64,000 nucleotides of DNA from Bigelowiella natans CCMP2755 (taxonomy: Eukaryota; Protista; Cercozoa), in assembly GCA_000320545.1 (NCBI GenBank), contig ADNK01001594.1:81736-145735 (forward strand). The letters run 5' to 3'. Position 1 is the stretch's first letter; every line of letters begins with the position of its first letter. Below, one piece after another: positions 1 to 15,350 of the stretch. The notes under the pieces were generated by a model. The model saw only the letters and a list, made by a program, of their open reading frames with translations, did not search any database and had not been told where the DNA came from. The translations under genes and the position numbers were made by a program.

Positions 1-408
1 TACATACAGCATGCTGCTCCATTTCTAGATTTTGTGTTAGTTACTCGCTGTATATCCTATGTCTAGTAGTATTGTGCGCAAAACGTACGCACGTCGTCGT
101 GTGTCCCGCTACTACTAAAAGTGACATCGCACACATAGCGCTTGTTGAGTGCATCTTCGAAGTCGACGACACTGATAATTAGCTTCATAACATCTGTGAC
201 ACATTCTTCAAGAGCACACACATGATAAGATGGTGAGTCACGCCTAATAAATGCGCGCACATGGTGTATTAATTAGCAACTTAATCTTCTTCACATCGTT
301 CATATGGCATTGTACATGTAAATCAGCCACATACATCGTCGCACCATATCTCTTCATCATTGTTTTTGAAGTAATGCCCGATATTACGCACTGCAACTCT
401 TAATTCAT

Positions 409-1048
409 CTACGTATTAAAATTCTGTAATATGTATGGTTTTGCGAAAAAACCACCTAATCCAGCAAGAGTTGTTAGTACAAGGCCTAACGTCAGCATAA
501 TTAGCTGAGTTTCCGGAGATTCTCGTCTGAAAAGCCTGAAAATAAGAATATACGACGAATACATCAAGCTTAGGAATAAGTTGCTTTTATGTAGAAGAAA
601 AACCGTGTTTACAGCATTCACTATGTGGTAACACCGACAAGCAAAAAATAGATACACATTTCTACGATCAACCTTGTGCCTATCCCAAACGCCCAGTTGC
701 TCTCGGTGAAGATCATGGAGGGAATAGCGCTCACATTGTTCGACCATGCCTCTCCACCACGCACATACCACTTATCCTTTAAGCAGCAGCAGAAGGAACG
801 ACAAGTGTATCATGGATGGATCGATGGATATAAAGCAGTGTGTGATATTTACTGCTACTACAACTACTTCTACTACTATTGTTTCTATTACTACTCCTCT
901 ATCAGCACCTTTGCGTAGTCAAACTCGATTACAGGGTCCACGGCGTCATGGTAGCTGTGTGATTATCACTATCATCATCGTCAAAGTTGGGTGTTTAATA
1001 GTGATTGTTCGTCGCTCAGAACCACCAATTTGAACTTGAACGAAGAGG

Positions 1049-1090
<42 letters not shown>

Positions 1091-2863
1091 ATATAGTGCT
1101 TCTGGTGGTGTAACTGATGATGATGATGATGATGATGATAGGTGATAGGTGATAGGTGATAGGTGATAGATGACTCACGCAGCTCCAAAGCCATTGGCTT
1201 CTATCAACATCTTTGCAAGATAGCTGTGTAGAAACGCTGGAAACCCCCCTATTCTCGGTGGATCCACCAGCAAGAACACACTCGTGTAGTGATTTGTAAG
1301 GTCATCACTTTGGAACGTTGATGATGATGAATCATCGCCCATGATACTAATAAATTGATTCATAAGTCACACACCTCGATATGATATCATTCGTGGTTTG
1401 CTTGTTATCTATTTCTATATATCCTGGGGCGTCATCATCCATGCACAAACGCTGCAAAAATCTGTCTATCGCCTTCAACCACGATTCTCTAGCCTCCCTT
1501 CTCTCCTTCCACTTTCTCCATTTTGGTGTGCTTTCACAACAACAACAACTACTACTACTACTTCTGTCTCCTGTAATAAGTGACACTTAGGGCCACGAAT
1601 AACGCACCTCTTAGCACATTCTCTGCCATTCTCCTGATCTTGTGTGAAGCAATCAAAAAGCTGTATGATGTGCTCACAGTCCACCTCGCTGTCTATGGCC
1701 CCAAGGCAGCCTGACACGTTTGCGCTCTCCCCTCCCCCAGCAGCGCCGTACAGCAAACGTGCTACGGATCTAGCAACATCACAGAGCTGCAGACGCTGTG
1801 AAGCTGTGATATTGGTGTCGTACCTACCATAAATGATTGTTATGAGCTTACAAGCACTATTATTTCACACACACACTCCCACACACACACACACGCGCGC
1901 TCTTACCGTGATAGAAAGAAAGGATCCTTGAAAGAGCTGTTAGAATCTGAGATATGAATAGCGCCAACGTCCATCGACGGCGGCATCATCTCCAGGAAAG
2001 ACGGAATACTACCCACAGCAACAATCGCGACAGAGAAGAGAGAAGCATGATAAGAAGTAGCTTTTACTGCTGCAATGAGCTAGAGTTTGGTCTGCAAAGA
2101 AGGCTATCTACTTTTGTATATACGAAAATCATCATCATCCTTATCATCATCATCATCATCATCATATTATTATTATTATTATTATTATTATCAATCAATA
2201 TTGAACGATAACAACACGGGAGATAAGCAGCACGTATTACACTATTGAACGTGGAAGAGGAAAGAGGCAAAGAGTCCTACTACCTTGAGGGAGGGAGGGA
2301 TCTGAGACTAGCGTCTGGAGTTGTGAAATTGAGCGGTATTGATGATGATGATGAGGAGGAGGAGGAGGAGAGGTTCAGAGCAAGCTGCTGCAAGTTTTCC
2401 GAGGCGATTTTGTCGTTTGACCGCAGATGAGAGCGATGAACGAATACGTCATTTCCCCCTCCCCTTCCGTCGTTTCCTATCGACCCAATGGCACCCACCT
2501 GATATCAGTAGGTGAAGAAGGAGATGTTCATCAGTGATTAGTTCTGCGACGACCTGATGCTACTACTACTACTACTACTACCACCTACAGCTGCTGTTAC
2601 CTCGATGATTGAGTCTATTTGAGTCAAGTTGATGTTGGTGAAAAGTGTACTGGGCTTGTACGGCCTCACGCACATATCCGAATACTTATGAGAAGGCTGC
2701 TCACACTGAAGCCCTACTTTCAAATCCTTTGCGAAACGGCGAGATCCAACATACCTTGGTCATCACCATTATGATAATTAGTAGTACAAAAGGAGGAGGA
2801 GGAGGAGGAGGAGGAGGAGGAGGAGGAAGCAATCAATCTCTCAATCACACGCCCTACATAGCG

Positions 2864-2897
<34 letters not shown>

Positions 2898-2981
2898 AAT
2901 TCCCCCTGCATATCGTCATCATCGTCTTCATCATCATCGTGACTGTTTGGGCAATTCGTCCTCGTCGTCTCTTCTTCTTCT

Positions 2982-3014
<33 letters not shown>

Positions 3015-3374
3015 CCAACTTCTCCCCACCCCCCCTCCTCCTCCTCTGCATGCATGCATGGAGTCATTGACCAACCCAAATTGCTCCCCCTGTAGAATGG
3101 CTACCATGATCTTCTTCTCAACCTTATAATGCCATAAATGGAATCGACTTGAGTAAGTGAGAAGAGGAAGAGGAGGAGGACATGGCTAATAAGCTACAAG
3201 GAAACGTTGATACCACTCGTTGTATTACAGCACGCACCTGATCCAAGGACAAGCAGGACGAAGACGAAGAGGAGGAGGAGGAGGCGAGAGAAGAGTTGAA
3301 CTGATTCAGTGCCTTCACCGCTCCCAACAAGGCCACCAGCCCAGATTGGTAGAAGTTCGCTCCGACAGCTGATG

Positions 3375-3406
<32 letters not shown>

Positions 3407-5387
3407 GACGAGCAGGATGAGTGAGTATCATGATACTAACTCCATTCATGATTGTAAGCTTGGAAGTCAATATTAAAATGGATTTCAGGCCAACATATCC
3501 ACTATAAATAGTTGTTTAAGAAATGCGTTGCTACTATTTGATGTAGCGCCCAGGACAATCACCACGTAAATGCTCATGCATAGCGAAGAAAACAGGCATA
3601 TTCATCTCCGTTCTTCAAGTTTTCAAGGAATGATTCTATCGAGACAGCACGCAAATAACGACGACGACTAAGACGATGGCAGTATACCCATATCGTGGAA
3701 GAGAGCGGAAGAGTCCATCATTGCTATTGACCACAACAACTATCATTATCATCGTCATCATCATCATCATCATCATCATCAACAACAACATCTTCAAACC
3801 ATGCTTGATGATAATGTGGCATCATCTCCTACTAGGTCACTGAGGAGGGGAGGGGGAGGAGGAGGGGGCGGATGTTGCATCAGAACCCCTCACAGCATGA
3901 CACCGTTGAGAAGACTGCAAACACCGTCCTCCTCCTCCTCCTCCTCCTCCTCCTCCTCCTCCGTTGACTCTCTACTAGACTATCATGGTATTACCTGTAG
4001 CAAGGACAACTTTGCGATTACTCGTAGCGTTCAATCTAGAAGGAGAAGGGGGCAATGGAGAAGGGGCGGGAGGGATGATGAGAAAGACCTCTCCATCAGC
4101 TAGCTACTGGGAGATGATGATAATAAACGATATTATTATTCGGTAGTAGATCGAAGCACTGACAGAAGATGACGGGATGGATGATGATGATGCTGATAAT
4201 GATAATAATAATGATGCTGACGGTAGAATATATTACTAAATGCCGGAATAAACAAACGATGACGACGACGACGACCGAATGATCCAACACACTAATGTAA
4301 ACAATTCTCTGGTTTTAAGGTGGAAACCCATATAACACCAACAACACCACATGTTCTCAGTAGTTACCTGTCCAACGTCGTCCACACACTGAAGCCCCCC
4401 ACCGGCAAACAAGTGGCTCTTTTTAGGCAGTCTAATAAATATTAGTAATTGTTGTTTGTCACGCATCATTCACACATTCATCCTCGCCATATTGCCCAGG
4501 CAACTCCTCCTCAGTAATATCACCGTGCTCGTATCATATGGTAACCTCTCTCATTAATATGATCTTCGTGTTTTTATATATCGCCTTACATTGACTAAAT
4601 CTAATGCATCATTCACGCGGTTACTATTTATTATTACCAATGGAGTTTCCGTTAGCGTACATCGGGTAGTTGAACTCTGCGACAAATGCTTGAAAGTCTC
4701 CCTGTAAATTATATTGGATTGGATATTTTTATGGTGGGCATGATGGTGCTGACGGTATCATTAAAAGTAAAAGAAGAAGAAGAAGAAGAAGAAGAAGTAA
4801 AGGGGAAAGGAGGAGGAAGAGGAGGGGACTGCTACTGCTACTACATTACATTTTTTGCGCTTTGCTCGTTGTCCTTGGCCTTCTCGTACACCTCCTCAGA
4901 ACCCTGTTTATCAGCAACTACTATTCCGAAACCGTACCTACCAATATAGTCATTAGTAATATGGTTGGTGGTGGTGATGGTGATAACAACTGATATTAGT
5001 AAGGGGAAAACAACTGCAGAATTCTTTCTCTCTTGCTTTTACCTTTGGTGTATTATGGGGTCGACATGGCCTTGTAAGTTCCACTCGTGCAAATTCTGAC
5101 CCCGAATCTAACCAAATAACAGCCACAAAAGCAGTCAGAACGCGCCAGGGTTAAAGAAGAGCGAGAAGGACGATATGATACTTTCATGTTATATGTTACG
5201 TCGTCGTCCTCGCGCGTGAATGTGTGATTCATCAGCTATCTATCTTCTCCTCGCCATCACTACTTACTTACTACTACCTTGGCCATGAAGGATTGCGGAG
5301 TTTTCTCATCAGGTGAATATGCGGTAGGAGTGTCGCCGATGGTCAGAACCAATATGCCAGCCAGATCCATCGTAGCTCTTCGAGGAG

Positions 5388-5439
<52 letters not shown>

Positions 5440-5629
5440 CCAGAGAACAACAACAAGAAGTAGAAGAAGTGAAAACAAAACAGTTATTAAATTATGCACT
5501 TGATTACAACCCTGGTTAATATCTTCGCCGCCATTGACTTTGTTAGAAAATATCACCGTAATTCGTCCACGACAGATTTGTTGAATAGAGCCTGGGGCAC
5601 CTGCAAATAATTAGTCACAGCCAGAAAGG

Positions 5630-5696
<67 letters not shown>

Positions 5697-6255
5697 GTTT
5701 GTTGCCGAAATAAGTTATGCGAAGACATCAATTTTAGAATTCGAGAAGGAAAAGCACGCCCCCCGTCCTTTCGGTGAATAACCTCTACTTCCACTGATCC
5801 CTCCCTTTCATTACATTGACTCCTCCTTCGGAATAATATACATAATTTTAAAGTACCGCTACAGCAACTTTTCCATCTGGAGGAGACGATAGCACCGCTT
5901 GAAAGTCATTGTCGTACAACCTCAAGGTTCCCTCTACACGTCCATCGGCTAAATGTTATATGTGTGTATATTATTTATAATCATACGTGTTTTTAGTTAT
6001 TAGTCAGAAAGTGGATTTGAATTGCAGTTCCGTACTGCTGCATCCAATCTCGCCGTTCTTGGTGAGGAGACGTACACACGGCACCGACACGAGGTCAGAG
6101 TACATGGCATTGTAGATCTTATCGCAACCACCTGTATTAAGATGATGGATGGAGAAAATAATGTGTAATTGATGCAAAGCAGCACACAAATCACCGGTAC
6201 CAAAAGGCGGTTGTAGGAGCAGCAACAGCAGGGCAGCAAGGACAGAAGATCCCAT
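409..6255 (-). CDS. NCSTN: Nicastrin (gamma-secretase subunit), multi-exon gene; the span includes introns
   Basis: Signal peptide MGSSVLAALLLLLL (ATG 6255), then MYSDLVSVPCVRLLTKNGEIGCSS (nicastrin PCVRLL..IGC motif). Also AYSPDEKTPQ (~5290-5320), the spliced GEQFG|YVGSRRFAKDL (DYIGS-equivalent, ~3080 and ~2750), SLPPS (~2290), IFTESNW (~690-715), and a C-terminal TM segment LFRRESPETQLIMLTLGLVLTTLAGLGGFF ending at stop 409. GT-AG introns lie between these blocks. Confidence 0.88.
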
Positions 6256-7017
6256 GTTGTAATCCCGTGCTCTTTAGGGTTTATTTCCTCGTCCTTCGTG
6301 AGCTTAGATGTTGTTGTGTTGCGGGGGGAGAAGATCTCCACGTACTCCAACTCACTTCTACACACGTCAGAATTACGGATAAATTTATCGAATATATGTC
6401 GTTTTACCCCTACGACATCGAAATCATGACGTCTCAGAATTTTATTCGATCAAGCCCAGCTGTATCGAAACTTATAGTTGGTAATTCCTCGCATAAATTA
6501 TGGACTAAATATATTTATTGTTGGTCGGTTGTTGCCAAGCAAGCAATCCAAGCTGTTTTTTGAGGTAGATTTACATCGAAGAGACATCCTAAAGAAGAAA
6601 GATCGAAGAAGAAGAGGAGAAGAAAAAGCATGAGGAGGAGAGTTTCATCTAAGAAACTTCTGAATATTGTGTCGCAGCAATTAAATTCCCCTGTATTTCC
6701 CTTCAACTTTCGGAATCACCGGCCCACTCCTCTGCATGAGGAGGACACAAATCGGAAACAGCTAGTTGATCATCCTTCCTTCCGCCGCCATTCTTCCTAC
6801 CCGCCTCCCACCAGGGTAAACTCACCTGCTCGTTCAAAACTGCGCAGATAGCCATAAACATAAGATGCATACTCTATGAAGAGTGGGTTGGATAGTGATA
6901 AAACAACGATGATGCTATTTCCCATCTTCGTCAATGCTCCAACGGTGGTGTGCAGAATTACATCAAAATTTTGTTTGAATTAAAACTGAAGGTCTTTTTC
7001 TGCTCGGGGGAGAGACA

Positions 7018-7558
7018 ATGGCAACGACGACCTCGCGGTCTCCGGCAGAGGGCCTTAAGGTGGGTCTTTCTTGCCGCTGTGCTGCACGATGTATCAACAT
7101 ATGTACGTAAGTCCAACCCCTCACCTTTCTTCACCCCACACACGCACAACTATAGCCCGATGGCTCTTCGGAGAGTGATGCCAAAAAACACACGGGAAAA
7201 CCACCAGTGACTGGAGCATCTCCTGCACCAGCAGCAGGGTCTGCTAGCACGACAACCAAGCAAAGAAGAAGGTACATCATTTGCATAGTAGTAGTAGTAG
7301 CAGCAGCAGTAGTAGTGATGTAAGTGAGTGAGTGAGTGAGTGTGAATGTGTGTGTGTGTGGGGTGGGGGGGGATGGGAGGGGGGGTGTGGGGTGGGTGGG
7401 TGGGTTCTATTGCAATCACAGACCCTAATAAGCATAACATCGTTTTTATTCACTTATTTAGTAAAGATAACGTGCGTGTTGCTATCCGTGCGCGCCCCCT
7501 CCTTGCAACTGAGAAGCTGAGGGACTCCCAGTCCTGCTGCAAATTCGATAAGGTTAAT

Positions 7559-7606
<48 letters not shown>

Positions 7607-8045
7607 TATAAATGGTGGGACGAGAAAATGCGTAGCATAGCAGACAAGGAGTAAATCAGGGAGTTGATCGATCGATAGATCCGCTGACGACAAGATTTTA
7701 TTTGAATGAACCAACACACCGATAATAGACACATACGCGGCTCTCAATCGGAAATCGGCCTTTCGCTTTTGACCACGTATTTGGGCCATCGACGTCGCAG
7801 GATGAGGTACTTACTAATTGTTGAGATGAGAAGTAATGTTTGTTGCTGTTTCATGCCCAACAGATATCTGCTGCCATGGTCATTGCCCAACCGCATAACA
7901 AACTCTTTTTTTTTTCCTTCTTCTTCTTCTTCTTCTTCTTCTTCTTCTTCTTCGTAGGTGTATCAAGTGAGCGTGGTTCCACTTGTCGCAGCTTGCTTTG
8001 AAGGGTGTTTACTTTGCTTTTTATAAAGAAAACACTTTCTCTCTA

Positions 8046-8084
<39 letters not shown>

Positions 8085-8089
8085 AGAGG

Positions 8090-8131
<42 letters not shown>

Positions 8132-8273
8132 GTGTGTGTGTGTGATTCACGATTTCTCTTTCTTCTTCTCCTTCCTTTTCTCCTTCTTCTTCTTCTTCTT
8201 CTTCTAGATACAACGCAACAGTTCTAGCTTACGGACAGACTGGGTATGATGTGCCCCACCCATACTTAGTTTT

Positions 8274-8319
<46 letters not shown>

Positions 8320-8872
8320 TTATACACGATAAGCTGCACTTCTATATCATTATCTTTTTCCATTGTGAGCACAACTTTCTATGTGCAATTGAAGATTCTC
8401 CCATCCCCCCCCCCCTCCCCTTTCCCCTCCATCCCTCCAAGATCAGGGAAGACGTACACGATGGGTAGCGGGAACAAGCGAAACCTTGATGACGAGAAGG
8501 TGAGCACTATACTGCTTTTTCGTTTGTCTCTTTTGTTTGCTTTGCCTCCATCCTGGATGTGATTGATGATGATGATAATGATGATGTGATTGCTGATGGT
8601 AGGTTGGCATCATTCCGCGCGTGGTACGGGAGGTGTTTCGTCTCACAAAAGAGGTATATTCATGCTTATATTCTAGAATTAAGATCATCACATTGAAACA
8701 ACCAAGAAAAAGTAAGATGCACACTATTAGGACGCTATTCCGTCGATCCCTCCTTTATCTATTGCTATGATTATAACTAATCGAATTTATAATATCTGCA
8801 TGCAGGCGCATGAGAAAGGGGAACAAAGGGTTGAGGTGCGAGTATCATACTTGGAGATCTACAACGAACTGT

Positions 8873-8908
<36 letters not shown>

Positions 8909-9228
8909 GAAAACGATGAGTAGTAATGTGGTTTACCACCCACCTCCTGCTGCTGCCATACCTCCCCCTCCTCCTCATCTCTGTGTGTTTCATCAGATTG
9001 AGAGATCTGCTGCACCCAAGATCATCGTCGGGCAAGCCTGTTCCAATCAGGTAGTAGTAGTAGTAGTAGTAGTAGTTGTAGTAGTTGTAGTAGTGCTGCC
9101 TCTTCCAAACTGCTACCTCTTCTGCTAGGCGACGCCAATGAGGGAAGGAAACATTATTGATAATAATAATAATAAATAATAATAATGATGATGATGCGAA
9201 AAAGAGGAAGCAGCACGATTATCAAGCG

Positions 9229-9272
<44 letters not shown>

Positions 9273-9671
9273 ACGCATATGATGATGAGCACCTTAGCGA
9301 ACTCAATGAACCCTGCTTATGCTGATGCTGCTGCTCTTACTTCTACCACCCCCTCTCCCCCAATAACGATTACGTCCACTACTCATCATCATGATCATCA
9401 TGATCATCATCATTGTACCCACCTAGCATTCGAGAAGGCCCTAACTCTGCCATACAGCTTGTCGGTATCAAAGAGGAGCCCGTAAGGTCTGTTGCGTGCT
9501 CTATAGTGCTAGCAGCACCAAGTAGCAGCACCAGCACACCAGCAGCGTGTTCTTTAACGATTGTCGTTCAACGTATGATAATGAGAATAATAATAATAAT
9601 GATGATAATAATAATATGCTTTGTGCGCGTGTGTATGCATGAGGATGCGTGCCTTTAACGTTCAATGTGCC

Positions 9672-9705
<34 letters not shown>

Positions 9706-10654
9706 CACTACTTGCAGCAACTACAGCGAAATGATGCGGTATCTTGAAAGAGGATCGGTAATAAGCTACAATTGCATCGGAATAAGAAGATCCATTACTT
9801 TCTGTCCTTTTGGTGCTCACAACAACAAAATGAACGCTGCCTCCTCTTTCATCTTTCATGAGTTCAATGAACACGTTTGTCCAAACATTTTTGTCATCAC
9901 GGTCGTTCTTTCCATTAATAAATGGGACATTCTAACCCCCCTCCCCCCCCCCCCCCCCCTTCACCCAAACTCCTCCCCTCTCCTTTCCATCCATCGGTTA
10001 GGTGAGCCGAACAACGGCAAGCACCTTAATGAATTCCTACTCGTCGAGAAGCCACTCCATTTTCACCATCACAATCGTTCAGGTTTTTTTTGCTGCTATG
10101 TGAGACGAGTTTGCAGTGTATAGTTGTCTGCGGGTTTCGAATCAACAACAACAACAACAATAATAATAATAATAATAGTGGGTAACGATGATAATTATAT
10201 CGGTATTAGATATAGCTCACTGTTGGTACTAACAATAAGAATGTTGTAAAAATTACAGCGGAGCACATCAGCAGGCAACGAGCAGGTAACGATGATAATT
10301 ATATTGGTGTTATAGTAATTTACCGTTGTTACTAACAATGACAATGTTATAATAATTACAGCAGAGCACATCAGCAGGAAAGAACAAGCAAAAGAGAAAG
10401 TACAAGAAGTCCAAGTTTCATCTCGTTGACCTCGCAGGGTAGTAGTAACAGAAGTGAGAGGGAGGTGGAGAAGGAGAAGCAAAGGGGGGTAGTAGGGATT
10501 GCAAACGACGGGAATGAGGAGGAGGAGGAGGAGGGATCTTCCTCGTTCATAGAAGAACACAATTAATACCATCGTTCATTCAAGGATAATTGGTTGTCTA
10601 TCATCATCATCATCATCATCATCGCCGTAGTGCGCTTGGTTGCATCAAGAACCA

Positions 10655-10691
<37 letters not shown>

Positions 10692-10967
10692 GATTAGCTC
10701 CGTCGATGCTTACAATGAGGACGATGATAATGGTGATGGTGATGATGATGATGTGATGATGATGATGATGTGATGATGATGATGATGATGATGGCTGCTA
10801 TAAGGTCGGAGAGGGCTAAGAGGACTGGCGCGGTCGGTGCTCGTTTCAAAGAGTCTATTACCATCAACAAAGGTGCTGCTGCTGCTGCTTTAACATATGT
10901 ATGATGTCGTTGTATCCCGTCATAGAAATCTTCCACACAATATGCTACTTTCTCAATCTCTTCCACC

Positions 10968-11005
<38 letters not shown>

Positions 11006-12169
11006 CCCCCCCCCCCCCCTCAATTTGCTGCTCTATCTGCTGTGCGTAGGTCTACTTGCACTTGGCAATGTCATATCTGCCCTGTGCGCATCCCAGGTAG
11101 TAGCTGTAGTAGTAGTAGTAGTAGTAGTCTAATGTAGTAGTAGTAGCATGATAAAGAGGGTGCTACTGTACCTGGTACATCTTCTTAACAACGACGAGGG
11201 TGCCAGCAGCATCATCCACCATATCAAGAAGTTCCATATTTAAATAGTACCGAATCATGTTTACACCCCCCCTTTCTGCTTCCTCCCACAGTAACCCCGT
11301 TATCTGCTAATATACCAAACCCATCATCAGGCGAAAAGAACACACATTCCTTACCGCAACTCGAAGTTGACTCGGCTGCTACAGGTCGGGCATTCACCCA
11401 CAGCCAACAGTGACGAATGCCGTAGTACACACACTCATCATGCTGCTGCTGCTGCTGCTGCATAAATGAGCAGGATTCTCTTGGAGGCAATTCAAGGACG
11501 TTGATGATAGCTTGCATAAGGTCGGTGCTGGTAGATGAGACATCTTACTATAAATGCCAGACGCTAGAGAACGAATCATACGCTAATGTTGGAGGTGCTA
11601 ATTTATGAATGTTTGCTTGCTGATTGGCAGCCCCGCTGATATCAACTTTGAGGAGAGCTTGACCACACTCAAATACGCCGACAGGGCCAAGAAGATCAAG
11701 AATCGGGTGCCTATATCGTTTCGTTTGTCGTCGCTATTGTTGCTGCTTCTCGAAACGCATTTGCACGAATTATAAGCGCCTGTTGTCGTCGTTCTCTGTT
11801 ATTACTAATGTTTCCCGCTAACAACTTCCAAACAAATGTATGGTGCATGGTGACAACAGGCAATAATTAATGAAGAGGAAGAGAAGGTAGTACTAGTAGA
11901 GAGTCTCTTCTACTAATGATAATGTGTACAAATTCACTCACACACTCACACTCACACTCACACTCACACTCACACACGAATGAATAAACGAGACTCCTCA
12001 TAATATTGGGTGAGTTTGAGTGCGTGTGTGGATGGAGGGATGTGTATTATTATTATTAATAATGATATAATATGTGATGATGCCGAGTTGTGTTTTAGCG
12101 TATGGAGGAGGTCAAGCAGATGAAAGAGGAGATCGAGAGTTTGAATCAACAGCTATCCAAAGTGAGTGA

Positions 12170-12217
<48 letters not shown>

Positions 12218-13502
12218 GCTCTTCTTTCATATCCATGTTGATGCAGATTAACCCTTCATATCTTCTTGATTGTCTTGGTGGGATTTGCTTTTGTTATTAT
12301 GGTTGTCGTTGCTGTTGTGTTATTTCAATATAAAACTACTATTACTACTACTACTACTACTACAACTATTTGAGCATCCAAAACAGGAAGTACTAGGAAA
12401 CTCAATAGCAGTATTTCTTATGATTAGTGCTGTGGGTGTCACGATTCTTTGTAATTGTTTGAAATTGTCTGTGTTGTTTGTTACCCTGACCTCCTATCAT
12501 TGCTGCTGCTGCTGCTATGGTGATCAATCATCAGTTGCGACCAAATCAGCTGGCACGAGACTTGGAAAGTGAGATGGAGAGCATCAAAGGCAAGCTCAAG
12601 GACAGACAAGCAGAGGTACGTACTACAGTGCCTTATGGCGGCAATATAAAATGGCCAGTACCAACGCGCACATATCTCCAAGCTTTCCCTTTTCCCTTGT
12701 TCCCTTTCTAACCGCCTCGTTCAAGAGATATATGCACCCCATGTTGATATACATATACTACTATCGATGATACCGTTCTTCTTCTTCTTCTTCTTCTTCT
12801 TCTAGGTGGCTTCTCTCAAGGAGATGCGAGACTGGCTATTGTTAGGTATGATCATTACTATTATTATTATGATTAGTTGTAGTAGTAGTAGTAGTGGTAG
12901 TGGCAGCAGGAGTAGCCGTAGCTGACTCCGTACATTGATGCTTATACCGCCAACAATAGCAAATGAATGTCTATTCGGCCTGTCTGTTATTATGCTGCAA
13001 TGTTTCCATGCCTTGTTTATCATTATCCACAAGGAATAGCTAGTGGTGGTGGCACAATATACTGTTGATGATGCATCCATGCTGGTACATCGTAGGCGTG
13101 CAGAAGCTGACCACTTCTCTGCAAAACATCGAAGCTACTGAATCACAAAGAGAGGTAGGAGTAGCAGTAGTAAGGGTAGTAGTAGTAGTAGTGAGCTCAT
13201 CCCTCCTTCTATAGTCCCTCCTCTCCTCCTCCCTTCCTTCGATTTATAGATCATAATTGTTGCCTACCTATGTGCTTGCGCTGTTGTGTGCTGCAGGGAG
13301 TTAAAAAGCGTGTTTTGAAGATGAGAAGTGACTATGAAGTCGTTTCAAAGGACAAAAGTATTATTGTTATGCCACTGAGTTGTAGTAGCGTATCGTTCTG
13401 TGATGACAACGATGATGATGATGATGATGGTGATGATCTACATCAAAGATATATGCCTTTTCACCATGCACTCGCAATGTATATCTATATCATGCAATAT
13501 TG

Positions 13503-13539
<37 letters not shown>

Positions 13540-15221
13540 TGATGAGTCCGCCAACGTTCTAAGTCATTATCATCATCATCATCATCATCATCATCATATT
13601 TGTCATCAGAAACATCGAAGGAAGAGCTCGCGTTGATGGTAAAAGCGATCAAGGCAGAGCAGGTGACGGAGACTAATGTCCCTTGTTGTTCGTGCAAAAA
13701 GTGAAGAAACAATAGGAGCTAATGATCGAAGATAAAACGTTGTTTTTGTATCTGTTGTATTCTAGACTTCATACGTCAACCTTAAAGCTCACGTGGCAAA
13801 GGTGCTAATGCTTTGCTCTACAACAGTATATAAAAAATGAGAGTTATGCTATGAAAGACGGATGGGTAAACGACGTTATGGACGTTGTTACTAATCATGA
13901 TTCTGATTAATACGATGTATGTATGTTCGGTTCAAAGGCGAAATCCAATCTTCAGAGTGCTATCAAGACCTACATCAGCCCAGAAGTTAAGGTAGTACTA
14001 CTACTACCAGTAGTAGCTTTGTGTTGGCTATTTCCTTAACACGATTCGACTCCGCCCTCTCCTTACACACAAACGAACATCACTGATGATGAACGTGATA
14101 GACGACATGCAGCAGGATTGATGGTGTGTTGGGTGATATGAGATGGAAAAGCAGCATGAGCGGTATTAGTGAATGCGCGGTGTCTACGTGAGAGCGAGGC
14201 TGTTTGAATGATATTGATAATGGTGATGATGATGGCGTGTGGCCTGTTGATATTGTGTAGCTTGAAGAACGGTGGGGTGTAGTAACGGCGCCTCCCCCAA
14301 CAGATGGTAATATGCTGTAGGAGTAGTATAGTAGTAGTAGAGTAATAGTAGTAGTAGTATAAGTAGTAGATAATAATGATGGCGTTTACACCTCACTTTT
14401 CAAGCTTGTTGTGTGTCTCTGGCTTGCACACACACACGCACTCTCCGTCGCTATTTTGTCTTCCACACCACCTTCCTCCTCCTCCTCCTCATTATCATCA
14501 TGATGATCATCATCACTCCAGTCGTCCCTCCACTCAAGAAGCTAGATATGAGCAACGTGAAGAAAGAAGCAGGAATACAGGTGGTAGTAGCAATAAACCA
14601 GCGAAGGAACACCCTCTCATTTAGAAATTGCCACTCTGATACGAATGCCCTTCTGCTGCTGTTCTTCAGACTATCTCGGGAGAGCCGTTGGACACGGAAC
14701 GGGGCTTTCTTGTCGACGACAAGCAGGCCGAAGAGGATTCGTCCAAAAACGACGATGCAGCCTCTATTGAGAGTAAGAACGCAGCGGCTCGAAACCCCAT
14801 TCATGGAGACGGTGATGCGAAGCGCAAAGGAGATGGTGATGATGATGAAGATGGACAAAGAGCAGGGGGTGGCAAGCTAGTACGGTATGTATTGCAATAA
14901 TAAACTCAATAACCACAACAACAAGCACAACAGCGAACTCATATTTCTGATACGGAGTGATACCCATAATTTTTAACTCAATAATAAGAATTTTAATATG
15001 AGCGAGAGCATCTGTGTATAATAACATGTGTTGTTGTTGTTGTTGTTGCTGTTGCTGTTGTGTTGTGTTGGCGCTTTACTGATATATTAATATCAGCATG
15101 GTGCAAACGCTCCAAGAAGCACTCGCCGTAGAAGGTAGCGGCAGTAGTAGCAGTAGCAGCAGTAGCGGTAGGAAGAAGAAGGAGAAGTGAAATTTTACTG
15201 ATCGTACCACAAAGCTCTCTG

Positions 15222-15266
<45 letters not shown>

Positions 15267-15309
15267 CTTCCTCACGCCTTTCCCCCTCGTTATTATTTGG
15301 AATAAATAA

Positions 15310-15350
<41 letters not shown>

